From NCBI GenBank assembly GCA_044442725.1, contig JBISJR010000001.1, positions 139,187 to 171,186 on the forward strand: DNA of 32,000 bases. The letters run 5' to 3'. Below, piece by piece: positions 1-10,023 of the stretch (position 1 is the stretch's first letter; each line of letters begins with the position of its first letter). The translations under genes and the position numbers were made by a program. Below the pieces are notes generated by a model, which was given only the letters and a program-made list of their open reading frames with translations, searched no databases and had not been told where the DNA came from. The stretch comes from Enterobacterales bacterium (GTDB taxonomy: Bacteria; Pseudomonadota; Gammaproteobacteria; Enterobacterales; Enterobacteriaceae).

Positions 1-669
1 ATCAAATATTCTGGATTATTACCTTATGGTATTTTTGGAGAAATATTTTTTTTAGAACAATATAATAAATTAATTAATTTATATAAAAAAATTAAAATAT
101 TTAACATATCAAAAAAAAAATATTTAGAAATATGTTTAAATTTTAAAAATATAACTATTATTGGATGGATTTATCATTTTAATAATAATGGTATAATTAA
201 ATGGAGTCCAAAAAAAAAATCAATAAAAGACGGTTTATTATTATGGATAGAACATTTAATTTACTGTGCATCTGGTGGTAAAGGAAGTAGTATAATGTTT
301 TTTATAAATGGTGAGTGGAATTTTATTCCTATTAAAAAAATAAAAGCTAAAAATTTATTAATTTATTATATTTTAGGTTATTTTAAAGGAATTTATGAAC
401 CTTTATTATTATTATATCATTCAAGCAATATATGGATAAAATATTGTTATAATAATATAAACAAAACTTTAAATAAAGATATTAATATTAAAAACAAAGT
501 TAAAGAAATAATAATAAAATATTTTTGTAAAAATAAAGAATTTTATTCTGAGTATAATGATGTTTATATAAATAAAGTTATTAAAAATTTAAATAAAAAT
601 AATATTGATGAAATTATTTTTTTATCTGAAAAATATTTATTACCAATGTTAAAATTTAATAAAATATAA
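1..669 (+). CDS. recC: RecBCD enzyme subunit RecC, C-terminal part (5' end lies outside the window)
   Basis: Frame 1 is open from base 1 to the TAA at 667-669; the track ORF 295-669 is only the part after an internal Met. The translation ...GLLLWIEHLIYCASGGKGSSIMFFINGEWNF... matches the remembered E. coli RecC C-terminus (LWLEHLVYCASGG...GEWRF). It lies directly upstream of recB-recD. Confidence 0.85.
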   Translation: MKYSGLLPYGIFGEIFFLEQYNKLINLYKKIKIFNISKKKYLEICLNFKNITIIGWIYHFNNNGIIKWSPKKKSIKDGLLLWIEHLIYCASGGKGSSIMFFINGEWNFIPIKKIKAKNLLIYYILGYFKGIYEPLLLLYHSSNIWIKYCYNNINKTLNKDINIKNKVKEIIIKYFCKNKEFYSEYNDVYINKVIKNLNKNNIDEIIFLSEKYLLPMLKFNKI

Positions 670-707
670 TTTTTTAAAAAATATAAAAATTAGATAACAT
701 AAAATTT

Positions 708-3700
708 ATGATTAAAAATATTTTTAATTCAATTGAATTTCCATTATATGGAAATATTTTAATAGAAGCATCAGCAGGAACAGGAAAAACTTATACTATA
801 TCTATATTATATTTGCGTCTAATTTTAGGAATTATAAGTAAAAATAATAACATACCACTAAGAGTAGATGAGATATTAATTGTAACATTTACTGAATTAG
901 CAAAAAATGAAATTATAAATCGTATAATTGAAAATATAAATTTATTATATAATGCATGTATACTAAATAAAAGTGATAATTATTTAATTTTTAAAATATT
1001 TAAAAAAATAAAAAATATTAAAATGGCTTTATTAATATTAAAAATAGCTAAAAATAAAATAAATGAATTATGCATTTATACTATCCATGGTTTTTGTAAA
1101 AAAATTTTGAACAAAAATATTATTAAATCTGGTATTATTTTTAATAAAAATTTAATAGAAGATGAATCAATTTTATATTGTAAATCAATTTATAAATTTT
1201 GGAAAAATGATTTTTCTGTTTTGCCTTATAAAATAGCTATTTTAATAAAAAAATATTGGAAAAATCAAAAAAATTTTTTAATTGAAATTAAACCATATTT
1301 AAATATAAATTTAAATGAAATTTATAATTTAAATAAAAAACATTATTCAATTATAAGCATATATAAAAATATAATATCAAATATTAGTTTATTAAAAAAA
1401 AAATGGATACAATTTTCTTCATTTAGAAAATTTATATATAAATCTAATATAAATAAAAAAGTTTATAATAAAAAAAAAATAATTAAATGGTTAAATAAAA
1501 TTGATAAATGGTCTAATGAGCCTACAATTGATGATATAGTTCCTAATGAATTGTCAAAATTTAAAATATCAAATTTATTAAAAAATAATATGATAAATGA
1601 TAATAAAAATTATATTATATTTGATATAATTGAAAATTATTATTTAAATAATTTATCAATAAAAGAAAAAATTTTTTTTTTTGCTGTTAAAAAAATTAAA
1701 AAATATATTTTAGAAGAAAAAAATAAAAAGTCACAAATTAGTTTTAATGATTTAATCAATATTTTAGAAAAAATTATTACAGGAAAATATGGATCAATAT
1801 TATCTAATAAAATACGTAAATTATATCCAGTAGCAATAATAGATGAATTTCAAGATACAGATTTAAAACAATACAACATTTTTAAAAAAATATATATAGG
1901 ATATAAAAATTGTTTTTTTTTAATTATAGGAGATCCTAAGCAATCTATTTATAGTTTTAGAGGTGCTGATATTTTAACATATATTAAAGCTAAAAATGAA
2001 ATAGATAATCATTATACTCTTGATATTAATTGGCGTTCTTCAAAAGGAATGATTAATTCTGTTAATAATTTATTTACTTTAATACCAAATCCTTTTACTT
2101 TTAAAGAAATTTCATTTACTCCATTAAAGTATTCTAAAAAAAATAAAAAACTAAAATTTATAGTAAATAATAAAACTTATCCTTCAATGGATATTTGGAT
2201 GCAACCAAATATTATAGTAAATTCATATGAATATAAAAAATACATGTCTAATAGATGTGCAAATACTATTTGTTCATGGTTAAATTCTTCAAATAATAAA
2301 AAAACATGGATTGAAGGAAATTTTGGTAAAAAATATATTGAATCTTCAGATATTACAATAATAGTAAGAAATAGTAATGAAGCTAATATAATTAGTAATG
2401 AATTGACAAAATTTAATATTCCATCTGTATTTATATCTAAAAGTGAAAATATATTTAATTCAAAAGAATCTATTGATTTAATATATATATTAAAAGCTGT
2501 ATTGAATCATAATTATTCATATATTAAAAGAGCTTTAATAACAGATATTATTGGTTTTGATTTTAATAAAATTAAATATTTAAATAAAAATAAAGATTTA
2601 TTATATTATCATTTAAATAAATTTATTAAATATAAAATAATATGGAAAAGATATGGAATATTTCCTATGATAAATGAAATAATAAAAGATTATAAAATAA
2701 AAGAAAATCTTTTATTTATTAAAGAAGGTTATAAAAAATTAACAAATTTAATTAATTTAAGTGAATTATTACAAAAAGAATCTATAAATTTAGAAAATAA
2801 ATTATCAATAATTAGATTATTAGAAGAAAAAACATATTTACCTAATAAATATTTAAAAAGTAAACAATTATTATTAGAAAATAATGCAAATATTATTAAA
2901 ATAATTACAATACATAAATCAAAAGGTCTAGAATTTCCAATAGTTTTTTTACCATTTGTTGCAGATTATAGGATTAAAAAAAATATTTCTTATTTAAATG
3001 TTTTAAAATCAAATACTTTAATTAATAAAACAGATATTGATAGACTTTCAGAGGATTTAAGAATTCTTTATGTTTCTTTGACAAGATCAATATATCATTG
3101 TAGTATAGGAATATCATCATTACATAAAGGTAAACTTAAAAAAACAAATAATAATAGTGTTCATAAAAGTGCTATTGGTTATTTAATTCAAAATGGTATT
3201 TGTGGTGATTTTAATTTTTTAAAAAAAAAAATAAAATTTTTAGTTAAAAAATCAAAAGGTGATATTACAATAAATAAAAAAAATTATTTTAATAATAAAA
3301 AAAATATATATAATTTAAATATATTAAATAAAAATAAAAAAAAGAAAATTTATAATATCAATAATAATATTTATAATATTATTAGTTATACTTCATTAAA
3401 TAAAAATTTAAAATATATAAAAAAAGAAATTTTACCTAAAATAGAAATATTTAGCAATATTAAAAAAAAAAATAAAATTAAAAACTTAAATCAATACAAT
3501 TTCCCTAGAGGAAAAATAACAGGTAATTTTTTACATTTTTTACTTAAAAAAATAGATTTTAAAAAACCAATAAGTTTTAGATTTTTAAATAAAATTATGA
3601 ATAAAAAAAATATTGATATTATTTGGAAAAATGTAATATTTAAATGGATTAAAAATATTATTTATTGTCCTTTAGACAATAAACATCTTTTATTAAAAAA

Positions 3701-4190
3701 TATAAAATTAGAAGATAGATGTAATGAATTATCTTTTTATATTACAATTAATGATTTTTTTTTTTCAGATGAATTAGAAAATATTTGTAAAAAATATGAT
3801 CCTATAACTTTAAAATGTATAAATACAAAATTTCCAAAAGTTAAAGGAATTCTTAAAGGAGTTATAGATTTGGTTTTTAGATTTAATAAAAAATATTATA
3901 TTTTAGATTATAAATCTAATTGGCTTGGAGAAAATAAAAATTTTTACAATATATATAACATAGAAAAATCTATTATTAAAAATAGATATGATTTACAATA
4001 TCAAATTTATACATTAGCAATTCATCGTTTTTTAAAACAAAAATTGAAACAATATAATTATAAAAAAGATTTTGGTGGTGTATATTATATGTTTTTAAGA
4101 GGTATAGATAATATTAAAAATAATAATAGTATTTTTTATTGTAAACCTAATTTTAAATTAATAAATTATATAGATAATTTATTAATTTAA
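708..4190 (+). CDS. recB: RecBCD enzyme subunit RecB (SF1 helicase plus nuclease)
   Basis: 1160 aa. Helicase motifs are present: EASAGTGKTYTI (Walker A), IIDEFQDTD, IGDPKQSIYSFRGADI, ITIHKSKGLEFPIVFLPF and LRILYVSLTRS. The C-terminal nuclease motif GVIDLVFRFNKKYYILDYKSN...QYQIYTLAIHRFL is also present. All match remembered E. coli RecB. Confidence 0.95.
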   Translation: MIKNIFNSIEFPLYGNILIEASAGTGKTYTISILYLRLILGIISKNNNIPLRVDEILIVTFTELAKNEIINRIIENINLLYNACILNKSDNYLIFKIFKKIKNIKMALLILKIAKNKINELCIYTIHGFCKKILNKNIIKSGIIFNKNLIEDESILYCKSIYKFWKNDFSVLPYKIAILIKKYWKNQKNFLIEIKPYLNINLNEIYNLNKKHYSIISIYKNIISNISLLKKKWIQFSSFRKFIYKSNINKKVYNKKKIIKWLNKIDKWSNEPTIDDIVPNELSKFKISNLLKNNMINDNKNYIIFDIIENYYLNNLSIKEKIFFFAVKKIKKYILEEKNKKSQISFNDLINILEKIITGKYGSILSNKIRKLYPVAIIDEFQDTDLKQYNIFKKIYIGYKNCFFLIIGDPKQSIYSFRGADILTYIKAKNEIDNHYTLDINWRSSKGMINSVNNLFTLIPNPFTFKEISFTPLKYSKKNKKLKFIVNNKTYPSMDIWMQPNIIVNSYEYKKYMSNRCANTICSWLNSSNNKKTWIEGNFGKKYIESSDITIIVRNSNEANIISNELTKFNIPSVFISKSENIFNSKESIDLIYILKAVLNHNYSYIKRALITDIIGFDFNKIKYLNKNKDLLYYHLNKFIKYKIIWKRYGIFPMINEIIKDYKIKENLLFIKEGYKKLTNLINLSELLQKESINLENKLSIIRLLEEKTYLPNKYLKSKQLLLENNANIIKIITIHKSKGLEFPIVFLPFVADYRIKKNISYLNVLKSNTLINKTDIDRLSEDLRILYVSLTRSIYHCSIGISSLHKGKLKKTNNNSVHKSAIGYLIQNGICGDFNFLKKKIKFLVKKSKGDITINKKNYFNNKKNIYNLNILNKNKKKKIYNINNNIYNIISYTSLNKNLKYIKKEILPKIEIFSNIKKKNKIKNLNQYNFPRGKITGNFLHFLLKKIDFKKPISFRFLNKIMNKKNIDIIWKNVIFKWIKNIIYCPLDNKHLLLKNIKLEDRCNELSFYITINDFFFSDELENICKKYDPITLKCINTKFPKVKGILKGVIDLVFRFNKKYYILDYKSNWLGENKNFYNIYNIEKSIIKNRYDLQYQIYTLAIHRFLKQKLKQYNYKKDFGGVYYMFLRGIDNIKNNNSIFYCKPNFKLINYIDNLLI

Positions 4191-4226
4191 TTTTTTTTGT
4201 AAATTAATTATTTTTATATTAAAATA

Positions 4227-6035
4227 ATGGAAAATATAATTAAAGAAGCTTTAAAATTAAAATTATTAAAATCTTTAGATATTATTTTTGCTAGAACTAT
4301 ATCAAAAAAATCTCAACAAGATTTAATTTTTATAAGTGCATGTCTTAGTTACTATACAAGAAATGGTCATACTTATATACCATTAAATATTTTTTTTTCT
4401 AATAAAATATTTAATGGTGCCATGAGCAATTCTTCAATAAAATTTATTAAAAAATTTTTTTTTTCATCTATAAAAAAACTCAAAAAAAAATTATTACTAT
4501 ATAAAGCTGTAAGTAATGGATCTATTAATACTCCTATAGTTTTATATAAAAATAAATTATATTTAAATAGAATGTGGAAAAAAGAAATTTTTGTATTAAA
4601 TTTTTTTAAAAAAAATATAATTAAAAAAGTTATAGAATATAATAAAATATCAAAAATATTAAATATTTATTTTAATAATAAAAGTAATGTTATTAATTGG
4701 CAAAAAATTGCTGCTTTGATTTCAATAACTAATCATTCATCTATTATATCAGGAAAACCTAGAACTGGAAAAACATATACTTTATTTAAAATATTATTTT
4801 GTTTGATTAAATTAAATAAAAAACCAATTAGAATAATAATATCGTCTAATAATTTTAAATCTTTAAATAATTTAAATAAAAAAATTAAATTTTATAAAAA
4901 AACAATAAATTTAAGTAATTATAAAAAAAATCAGATACCTAAAAAAGCTATAAATATTAATAAATTAATTGATATAAATAATTATAAAAATTATTATACA
5001 TATAATTTTAATAAATTTTTACATGTAGATATAATCATTATAGATGAAGCATCAATGATAAATTTATCAACAATGTATAATTTAATTTCTATTATATCTA
5101 AAAAAACAAGAATAATCTTAATTGGTGATAGTAATCATATATCATCTGTTGAACCAGGATCTATTTTTTATGATATATGTAAAATAGCTAATAATTTAGA
5201 TAAATTAATTTTTAATTATTCTATATTAAAATTATCAAATTTTAATATAAATAAAAATAGAAAAAAAAAATTTAAATTATTTTCAAAAAAATTTTATTTG
5301 CTTCGTAAAAATTACATATTTAAAAAATATTCTTATATTAATAATTTATCATATGCAGTAAATTATGGAAAATATAAATATTTTTTAAAATTGTTAAAAT
5401 CTAAAAAAATAAAATATATTTCTTATAATTGTATCAAATGCAAAGAAGATTATAATAATATGATATTTGATTTTATTGAAAATTATAAATTTTATTTAAA
5501 TAGAATTAAAAAAACGAAATCAATAAAATGTATTTTTAAATTATTTAATAATTTTAGATTATTATGTGCTGTAAAAAATGGTCCTTTTGGATCTAATTTT
5601 ATTAATAATTTAATAGAAATATTAATTATTAAAAAAGGATTAGTTAAAATAAAAAATTCAAAAAAAGAATATCAAGGAAAACCAATTATTTTTACTGGAA
5701 ATTCACATTATTTAGAAATATATAAAAATGATATTGGAATTATAATGTTTGATAAAAAAAAAGATATTAATATTTATTTAATAAAAAACAATAAAAAAAT
5801 AAATAAAGAAAAAATATTTTTTTTACCAAAATATAAAACTGCATTTGCTATTTTAACAAAAATATCAACAAGTTTCAGTTTTAATAAAACTGCATTAATA
5901 TTACCTAATAATATTTCACAAATTTTAACAAGAGAGTTAATTTATACTGCAATAAATAGTGCAAAAAAAAATTTTTCTTTATATTCAACAAATAAAGTAT
6001 TACATTACTCTATAAAATCAAAATCAAAAAAATAA
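4227..6035 (+). CDS. recD: RecBCD enzyme subunit RecD (divergent; helicase motifs V/VI substituted)
   Basis: 602 aa, immediately after recB. Walker A is GKPRTGKT, followed by IIIDEASMI and LIGDSNHISSVEPGS. The C-terminus AFAILTKISTSFSFNKTALILP...TRELIYTAINSAKK aligns with E. coli [22 protein letters not shown]...TRELVYTAVTRARR. Confidence 0.85.
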   Translation: MENIIKEALKLKLLKSLDIIFARTISKKSQQDLIFISACLSYYTRNGHTYIPLNIFFSNKIFNGAMSNSSIKFIKKFFFSSIKKLKKKLLLYKAVSNGSINTPIVLYKNKLYLNRMWKKEIFVLNFFKKNIIKKVIEYNKISKILNIYFNNKSNVINWQKIAALISITNHSSIISGKPRTGKTYTLFKILFCLIKLNKKPIRIIISSNNFKSLNNLNKKIKFYKKTINLSNYKKNQIPKKAININKLIDINNYKNYYTYNFNKFLHVDIIIIDEASMINLSTMYNLISIISKKTRIILIGDSNHISSVEPGSIFYDICKIANNLDKLIFNYSILKLSNFNINKNRKKKFKLFSKKFYLLRKNYIFKKYSYINNLSYAVNYGKYKYFLKLLKSKKIKYISYNCIKCKEDYNNMIFDFIENYKFYLNRIKKTKSIKCIFKLFNNFRLLCAVKNGPFGSNFINNLIEILIIKKGLVKIKNSKKEYQGKPIIFTGNSHYLEIYKNDIGIIMFDKKKDINIYLIKNNKKINKEKIFFLPKYKTAFAILTKISTSFSFNKTALILPNNISQILTRELIYTAINSAKKNFSLYSTNKVLHYSIKSKSKK

Positions 6036-6285
6036 TTTTTATTATTTAAAATTAATTATTTTTAATAAAATTTTTATTAATTTAAATAATTATTTTATTA
6101 TTATATATAATATAAAATTAATTATTATATATATAATAATATATATAAATATATTTATTTTATTATAAAAATTATTTATTTTAATTTATTAAATATATTA
6201 TAAAAATTTTTTAAATATATTTTTTTTATTTATAATTAAATAATTTTTAATTATTAAATTAATAAAATTATTAACATGAATATTT

Positions 6286-6522
6286 TTATTTATTTTTAAA
6301 TAAAAAATTAATCATTTTTTTTTCTAAATATTTTAGATGAGATATATTTTTAGTACTTAATTGATTTTCGTTTATTAAAATTGTTTGTTTTTTTTGCCAT
6401 ATCTTCCATGCTTTTTTTGATATATTATTAAAAATTTTTTTACCTAAAATACCTGGATATAATTGATAATTCTGTTTTTCAGATGAAATTTTAAGAAATT
6501 TACAAAAAATTTTTTTAATCAT
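6286..6522 (-). CDS. yggX: Fe(2+)-trafficking protein YggX
   Basis: 78 aa. MIKKIFCKFLKISSEKQNYQLYPGILGKKIFNNISKKAWKIWQKKQTILINE...NFLF aligns with E. coli YggX ([50 protein letters not shown]...NFLF). Confidence 0.9.
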   Translation of the reverse strand: MIKKIFCKFLKISSEKQNYQLYPGILGKKIFNNISKKAWKIWQKKQTILINENQLSTKNISHLKYLEKKMINFLFKNK

Positions 6523-7876
6523 TTTAATTATTAATTTATTTAAATTTAATTAATATAATTTATATATAAAAATAATAATAAAAATTATTTATATATATAA
6601 ATAATTTTTTTTTAAAAATTTAAATAAAATTTAGTTTTTCTAAATAAATAATTCAATAAGAAAATTATTATTTAATTTAAAAGGACATTTTAATATTAAA
6701 TATAAATTATTATAATTTGTATATTTTTTATTTATTTATTTATATATTTTATTATATTTATTTGTTTTATTTTTATAAAATAATAAAATTATTAATTAAA
6801 TATATTAATAAATCATTATATAATTAAATTATAATAATTTAAATTATATATTTTATATATATAATTTTTATTAATATATTAATTATTATTAATATATTTT
6901 ATTTTTTTTATTTATGTTCTATTTTTTAATTTAATTTAACATTATAACCAAATTTTATTACAATATAATTATTTAAATTTCAAATAATTTATATTATTTT
7001 TTTATTTATATCCTTTTTTATAATAAATTTAAATTTTATATTTATTATGAAATTATTTTTTTAAAATATTGTTACATATTTTATAAATTTATAAAATAAT
7101 TTTATAATTTATTAAAATTTCATTAATTTAATAAAATGTGTATTTGTTTATAAATTTAATTTATAACAATATATATTATATTATTTTATATAAATAATTT
7201 TATTTAAATCTTTAATTAAATTTTTAATAAAATTATTTGGTAATCAATATATTAAATCATAATTTATATTATATATATATTTTTAATAAATTAATTTTAA
7301 TATAAAATCTTTTTAATAATTATTATCAATCCTTAATAAATTAAAAATTTTATTTTCATATAAAATTTAAATATTAATTGATATTCTATTTATATATGTT
7401 TTATATTTATAAAATAATTTTTTTTTATGTACTTTCATTATTAACTTATATTTTTATTTCTATTTTTTTTAATATATTAAAAATATTTTTTTATTTTTTA
7501 ATAAGTATTTTAATTTAATAAAATATAAATATATTTGGAGTTTAACCTCCAATAAATATTGTATTAATATTTCTATATTAAATATATTTAATATAATTGT
7601 ATAAATATTACAATAAACTTTTTATATATTTTTTATTTGGTATATTATTTTTAATTAAATAATAATTAAAATAAAAATAATTACATTTTTAATACATATT
7701 GTATATGTATATAAATTTATTGGAGGTAATTTATTTATACTTATAATTTAATATTTATTAATTTTAAATATATTTAATATTTATTTGAATTTTATTGTTG
7801 AAAAATAATTTAATTTATTAAAATTAATTAAATTATATATAACATATATTATATATTAAAATAAATTTTATATAAA
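6523..7876. other. 1354-bp non-coding spacer (about 5 % GC by hand count) between yggX and yggT
   Basis: There is no track ORF on either strand. I counted only about 70 G/C in 1354 bp. No GC-rich island exists that could be a tRNA or other stable RNA. Confidence 0.8.
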
Positions 7877-8425
7877 TTAAATTCTATACCAAATTCCTGG
7901 AAGTAAATAAATTCCTAAATAATTAAGTAAAAAAAGAAAAAATATTAATACATAAAATAAAAAATCTGTCTTATATGAAGATGGAAATATTTTTTTAATT
8001 AAAAATATTAATGATTCACTTAACATATAAATAATTTCATTCATAATATTATTATCTGTTTTAATTTTATTTAATAATAAACGTAATATTAAAATCCAAA
8101 ATAATAAATTACCAAATATTTTTAATAAAGTAATTATTCCTATAAATATATAAATAATTTTAATTTTTACAATATTAGTTTCAATTAAAATTATAATAGG
8201 AAATTTAATTATTGAAAGAAAAATAGATATTATAAAAAAACATGTATTAACATAATTAGGAATTAAATATTTAATTATTTTAATTAATGGATATGTAATT
8301 TTATCAATTAATTGATAAAATGAATTATAAAAATCACATTTTGTCCATTGAATCCAAATTCTCATAATAATTAATATAATATAGAAATCTATTATAGATT
8401 TTAATAAAAAATTCATAATTATCAT
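7877..8425 (-). CDS. yggT: YggT-family integral membrane protein
   Basis: 182 aa and hydrophobic. The N-terminus NFLLKSIIDFYIILIIMRIWIQWTKCDFYNSFYQLIDKITYPLI aligns with E. coli YggT (LTFLLSTVIELYTMVLLLRIWMQWAHCDFYNPFSQFVVKVTQPII). The C-terminus LPGIWYRI matches LPGLWMAL. The true start may be the fourth codon (Met at 8416). Confidence 0.88.
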   Translation of the reverse strand: MIIMNFLLKSIIDFYIILIIMRIWIQWTKCDFYNSFYQLIDKITYPLIKIIKYLIPNYVNTCFFIISIFLSIIKFPIIILIETNIVKIKIIYIFIGIITLLKIFGNLLFWILILRLLLNKIKTDNNIMNEIIYMLSESLIFLIKKIFPSSYKTDFLFYVLIFFLFLLNYLGIYLLPGIWYRI

Positions 8426-8616
8426 AATAATAATTGTCCTTAAATTTTATTAAAAATAAATATATATTTAAAATATTTTTTAAAATTTTATTAAAAATAA
8501 AATATTTTAATAATATTAATATTTAAAATATAAAATTATTTATATTTTATACTTTTTTTATAAATTATATTTACATAAATAAAATAATATAAATATTATT
8601 TCATAGGAGTTAAAAA

Positions 8617-10023
8617 ATGATTAAAAACAATATAGGAATTATAGGACTGTCAACAATGGGAAAAAATTTAGCTCTTAATATTGAAAATAAAGGATATAGA
8701 GTTTCTATTTTTAATAGATCAAAAGAAAAAACTAAAATTTTAATATATAAAAATCCTTTTAAAAAAATTTATCCATTTTATAATATACATGATTTTGTTA
8801 ATTCAATTAAATTACCTCGTATTATATTTTTAATTATAAAACCTGGAAAACCTGTAGATTTAACTATAAATTTGTTAAAAAAATTTATAAAAAAAGATGA
8901 TATAATAATAGATTGTGGAAATTCTTTATATACAGATACTTTAAGAAGAAATAAAGAATTATATAAAAATGGTTTTAAATTTATAGGTGTTGGAATATCT
9001 GGAGGAGAAGAAGGTGCTCTTAAAGGTTTATCTATAATGGCTGGTGGTGATAAATCATCATACAAAATTGTAGAACCAATATTTAAAAAAATTTCTGCAA
9101 ATGTAAAAGGATATCCTTGTGTTACATATATAGGCAAAGGAGGTTCAGGACATTATGTAAAAATGATACATAATGGAATTGAATATTCATATATGCAATT
9201 AATTTCTGAATCATATTTTATTATGAAAAATGCTCTTGGTTTAAATAATGAAGAATTATATAAAATATTTAATAATTGGGATCATGGAGAGCTTAAAAGT
9301 TATTTAATAAATATTACTAAAAAAATTATTATAAAAAAAAATTACAAAGGAAAATTTTTATTAGATTTTATTCTTGATGAAGCTCTTAATAAAAAAACAG
9401 GAAAATGGGCAATTAATAGTTCTATTGAAATAGAAGAACCTTTTAATGTAGCTTATGAATCATTATTTTTTCGTTATATTTCATCTATGAAAAATCAACG
9501 TATTATTGCTTCAAAAATTCTTAATGGACCTATTAATAAAAAATATAATTATAATAATAATAAATTTATAGAAAAAGTTCGTAAATCTTTATATTTATCA
9601 AAAATTATTTCTTATGCACAAGGATTTTCTAATTTAAAAAAAAGTTCATATAAACATAAATGGAATTTAAATTATTATAAAATAGCAAAAATTTTTAGAA
9701 ATGGTTGTATAATAAGATCAAGATTATTAGAAAGAATTATGAATGTTTATAATTATAATCATAATATATATAATATATTATTATCATCATATTTTATTAA
9801 TATTGCTAATAAGTATAATTTTTCATTAAGATATATTGTATCTTATGCAATTAATAATGGTTATACAGTTCCTGCTTTATCGTCTTCAATATCTTATTAT
9901 GATAGTTATAGATCTGAATTTTTATCATCAAATTTAATTCAGGCTCAACGTGATTTTTTTGGCTCTCATAAATATAAAAGAATTGATAAAAATGGAATTT
10001 TTCATACAAATTGGAATAATTAA
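8617..10023 (+). CDS. gnd: 6-phosphogluconate dehydrogenase, decarboxylating
   Basis: 468 aa, collinear with E. coli Gnd. Matching stretches include IGIIGLSTMGKNLALNIENKGYRVSIFNRS, GISGGEEGALKG, GSGHYVKMIHNGIEY and LIQAQRDFFGSHKYKRID. A Shine-Dalgarno AGGAG sits at 8605-8609. Confidence 0.97.
   Translation: MIKNNIGIIGLSTMGKNLALNIENKGYRVSIFNRSKEKTKILIYKNPFKKIYPFYNIHDFVNSIKLPRIIFLIIKPGKPVDLTINLLKKFIKKDDIIIDCGNSLYTDTLRRNKELYKNGFKFIGVGISGGEEGALKGLSIMAGGDKSSYKIVEPIFKKISANVKGYPCVTYIGKGGSGHYVKMIHNGIEYSYMQLISESYFIMKNALGLNNEELYKIFNNWDHGELKSYLINITKKIIIKKNYKGKFLLDFILDEALNKKTGKWAINSSIEIEEPFNVAYESLFFRYISSMKNQRIIASKILNGPINKKYNYNNNKFIEKVRKSLYLSKIISYAQGFSNLKKSSYKHKWNLNYYKIAKIFRNGCIIRSRLLERIMNVYNYNHNIYNILLSSYFINIANKYNFSLRYIVSYAINNGYTVPALSSSISYYDSYRSEFLSSNLIQAQRDFFGSHKYKRIDKNGIFHTNWNN

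Noticed and set aside
295-669. Track ORF 295-669 as a separate 124-aa gene
   Set aside because: The same frame is open back to base 1 and the upstream translation continues the RecC homology. It is therefore the tail of recC and not an independent gene.
7535-7726. The most G/C-rich spots of the gene desert as a possible tRNA or small RNA: ttggag-tttaac-ctccaa hairpin (7535-7552) and a 10-bp inverted repeat ctccaataaa (7547-7556) / tttattggag (7716-7725)
   Set aside because: No cloverleaf, T-loop (GTTCRA) or acceptor-stem pattern can be drawn, and the stems are short (6-10 bp). This could equally be residue of a decayed gene. I keep it only as a note within the spacer finding.
8442-8501. 19-bp direct repeat aaattttattaaaaataaa (8442-8460 and 8483-8501) in the yggT/gnd divergent spacer
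   Set aside because: In an A/T-only 190-bp spacer, a 19-mer repeat is only marginally unexpected (rough estimate a few percent). There is no third copy and no associated structure, so it is not strong enough to call a regulatory repeat.
9040-9047. A canonical E. coli Chi octamer GCTGGTGG inside gnd, in the same window as recBCD
   Set aside because: It is exactly the codons gct-ggt-gg(t) for the conserved Ala-Gly-Gly of the Gnd motif IMAGGD, using the T-ending codons favoured here. It is fully explained by coding. One occurrence cannot show Chi usage. A genome-wide count and orientation-bias test would be needed.
8778-9137. 119-aa ORF on the minus strand inside gnd
   Set aside because: It is entirely antisense to a strongly conserved gnd segment. 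It has a Pro/Ser-rich nonsense-like sequence and no start context. It is a shadow ORF produced by the codon bias of the sense gene.
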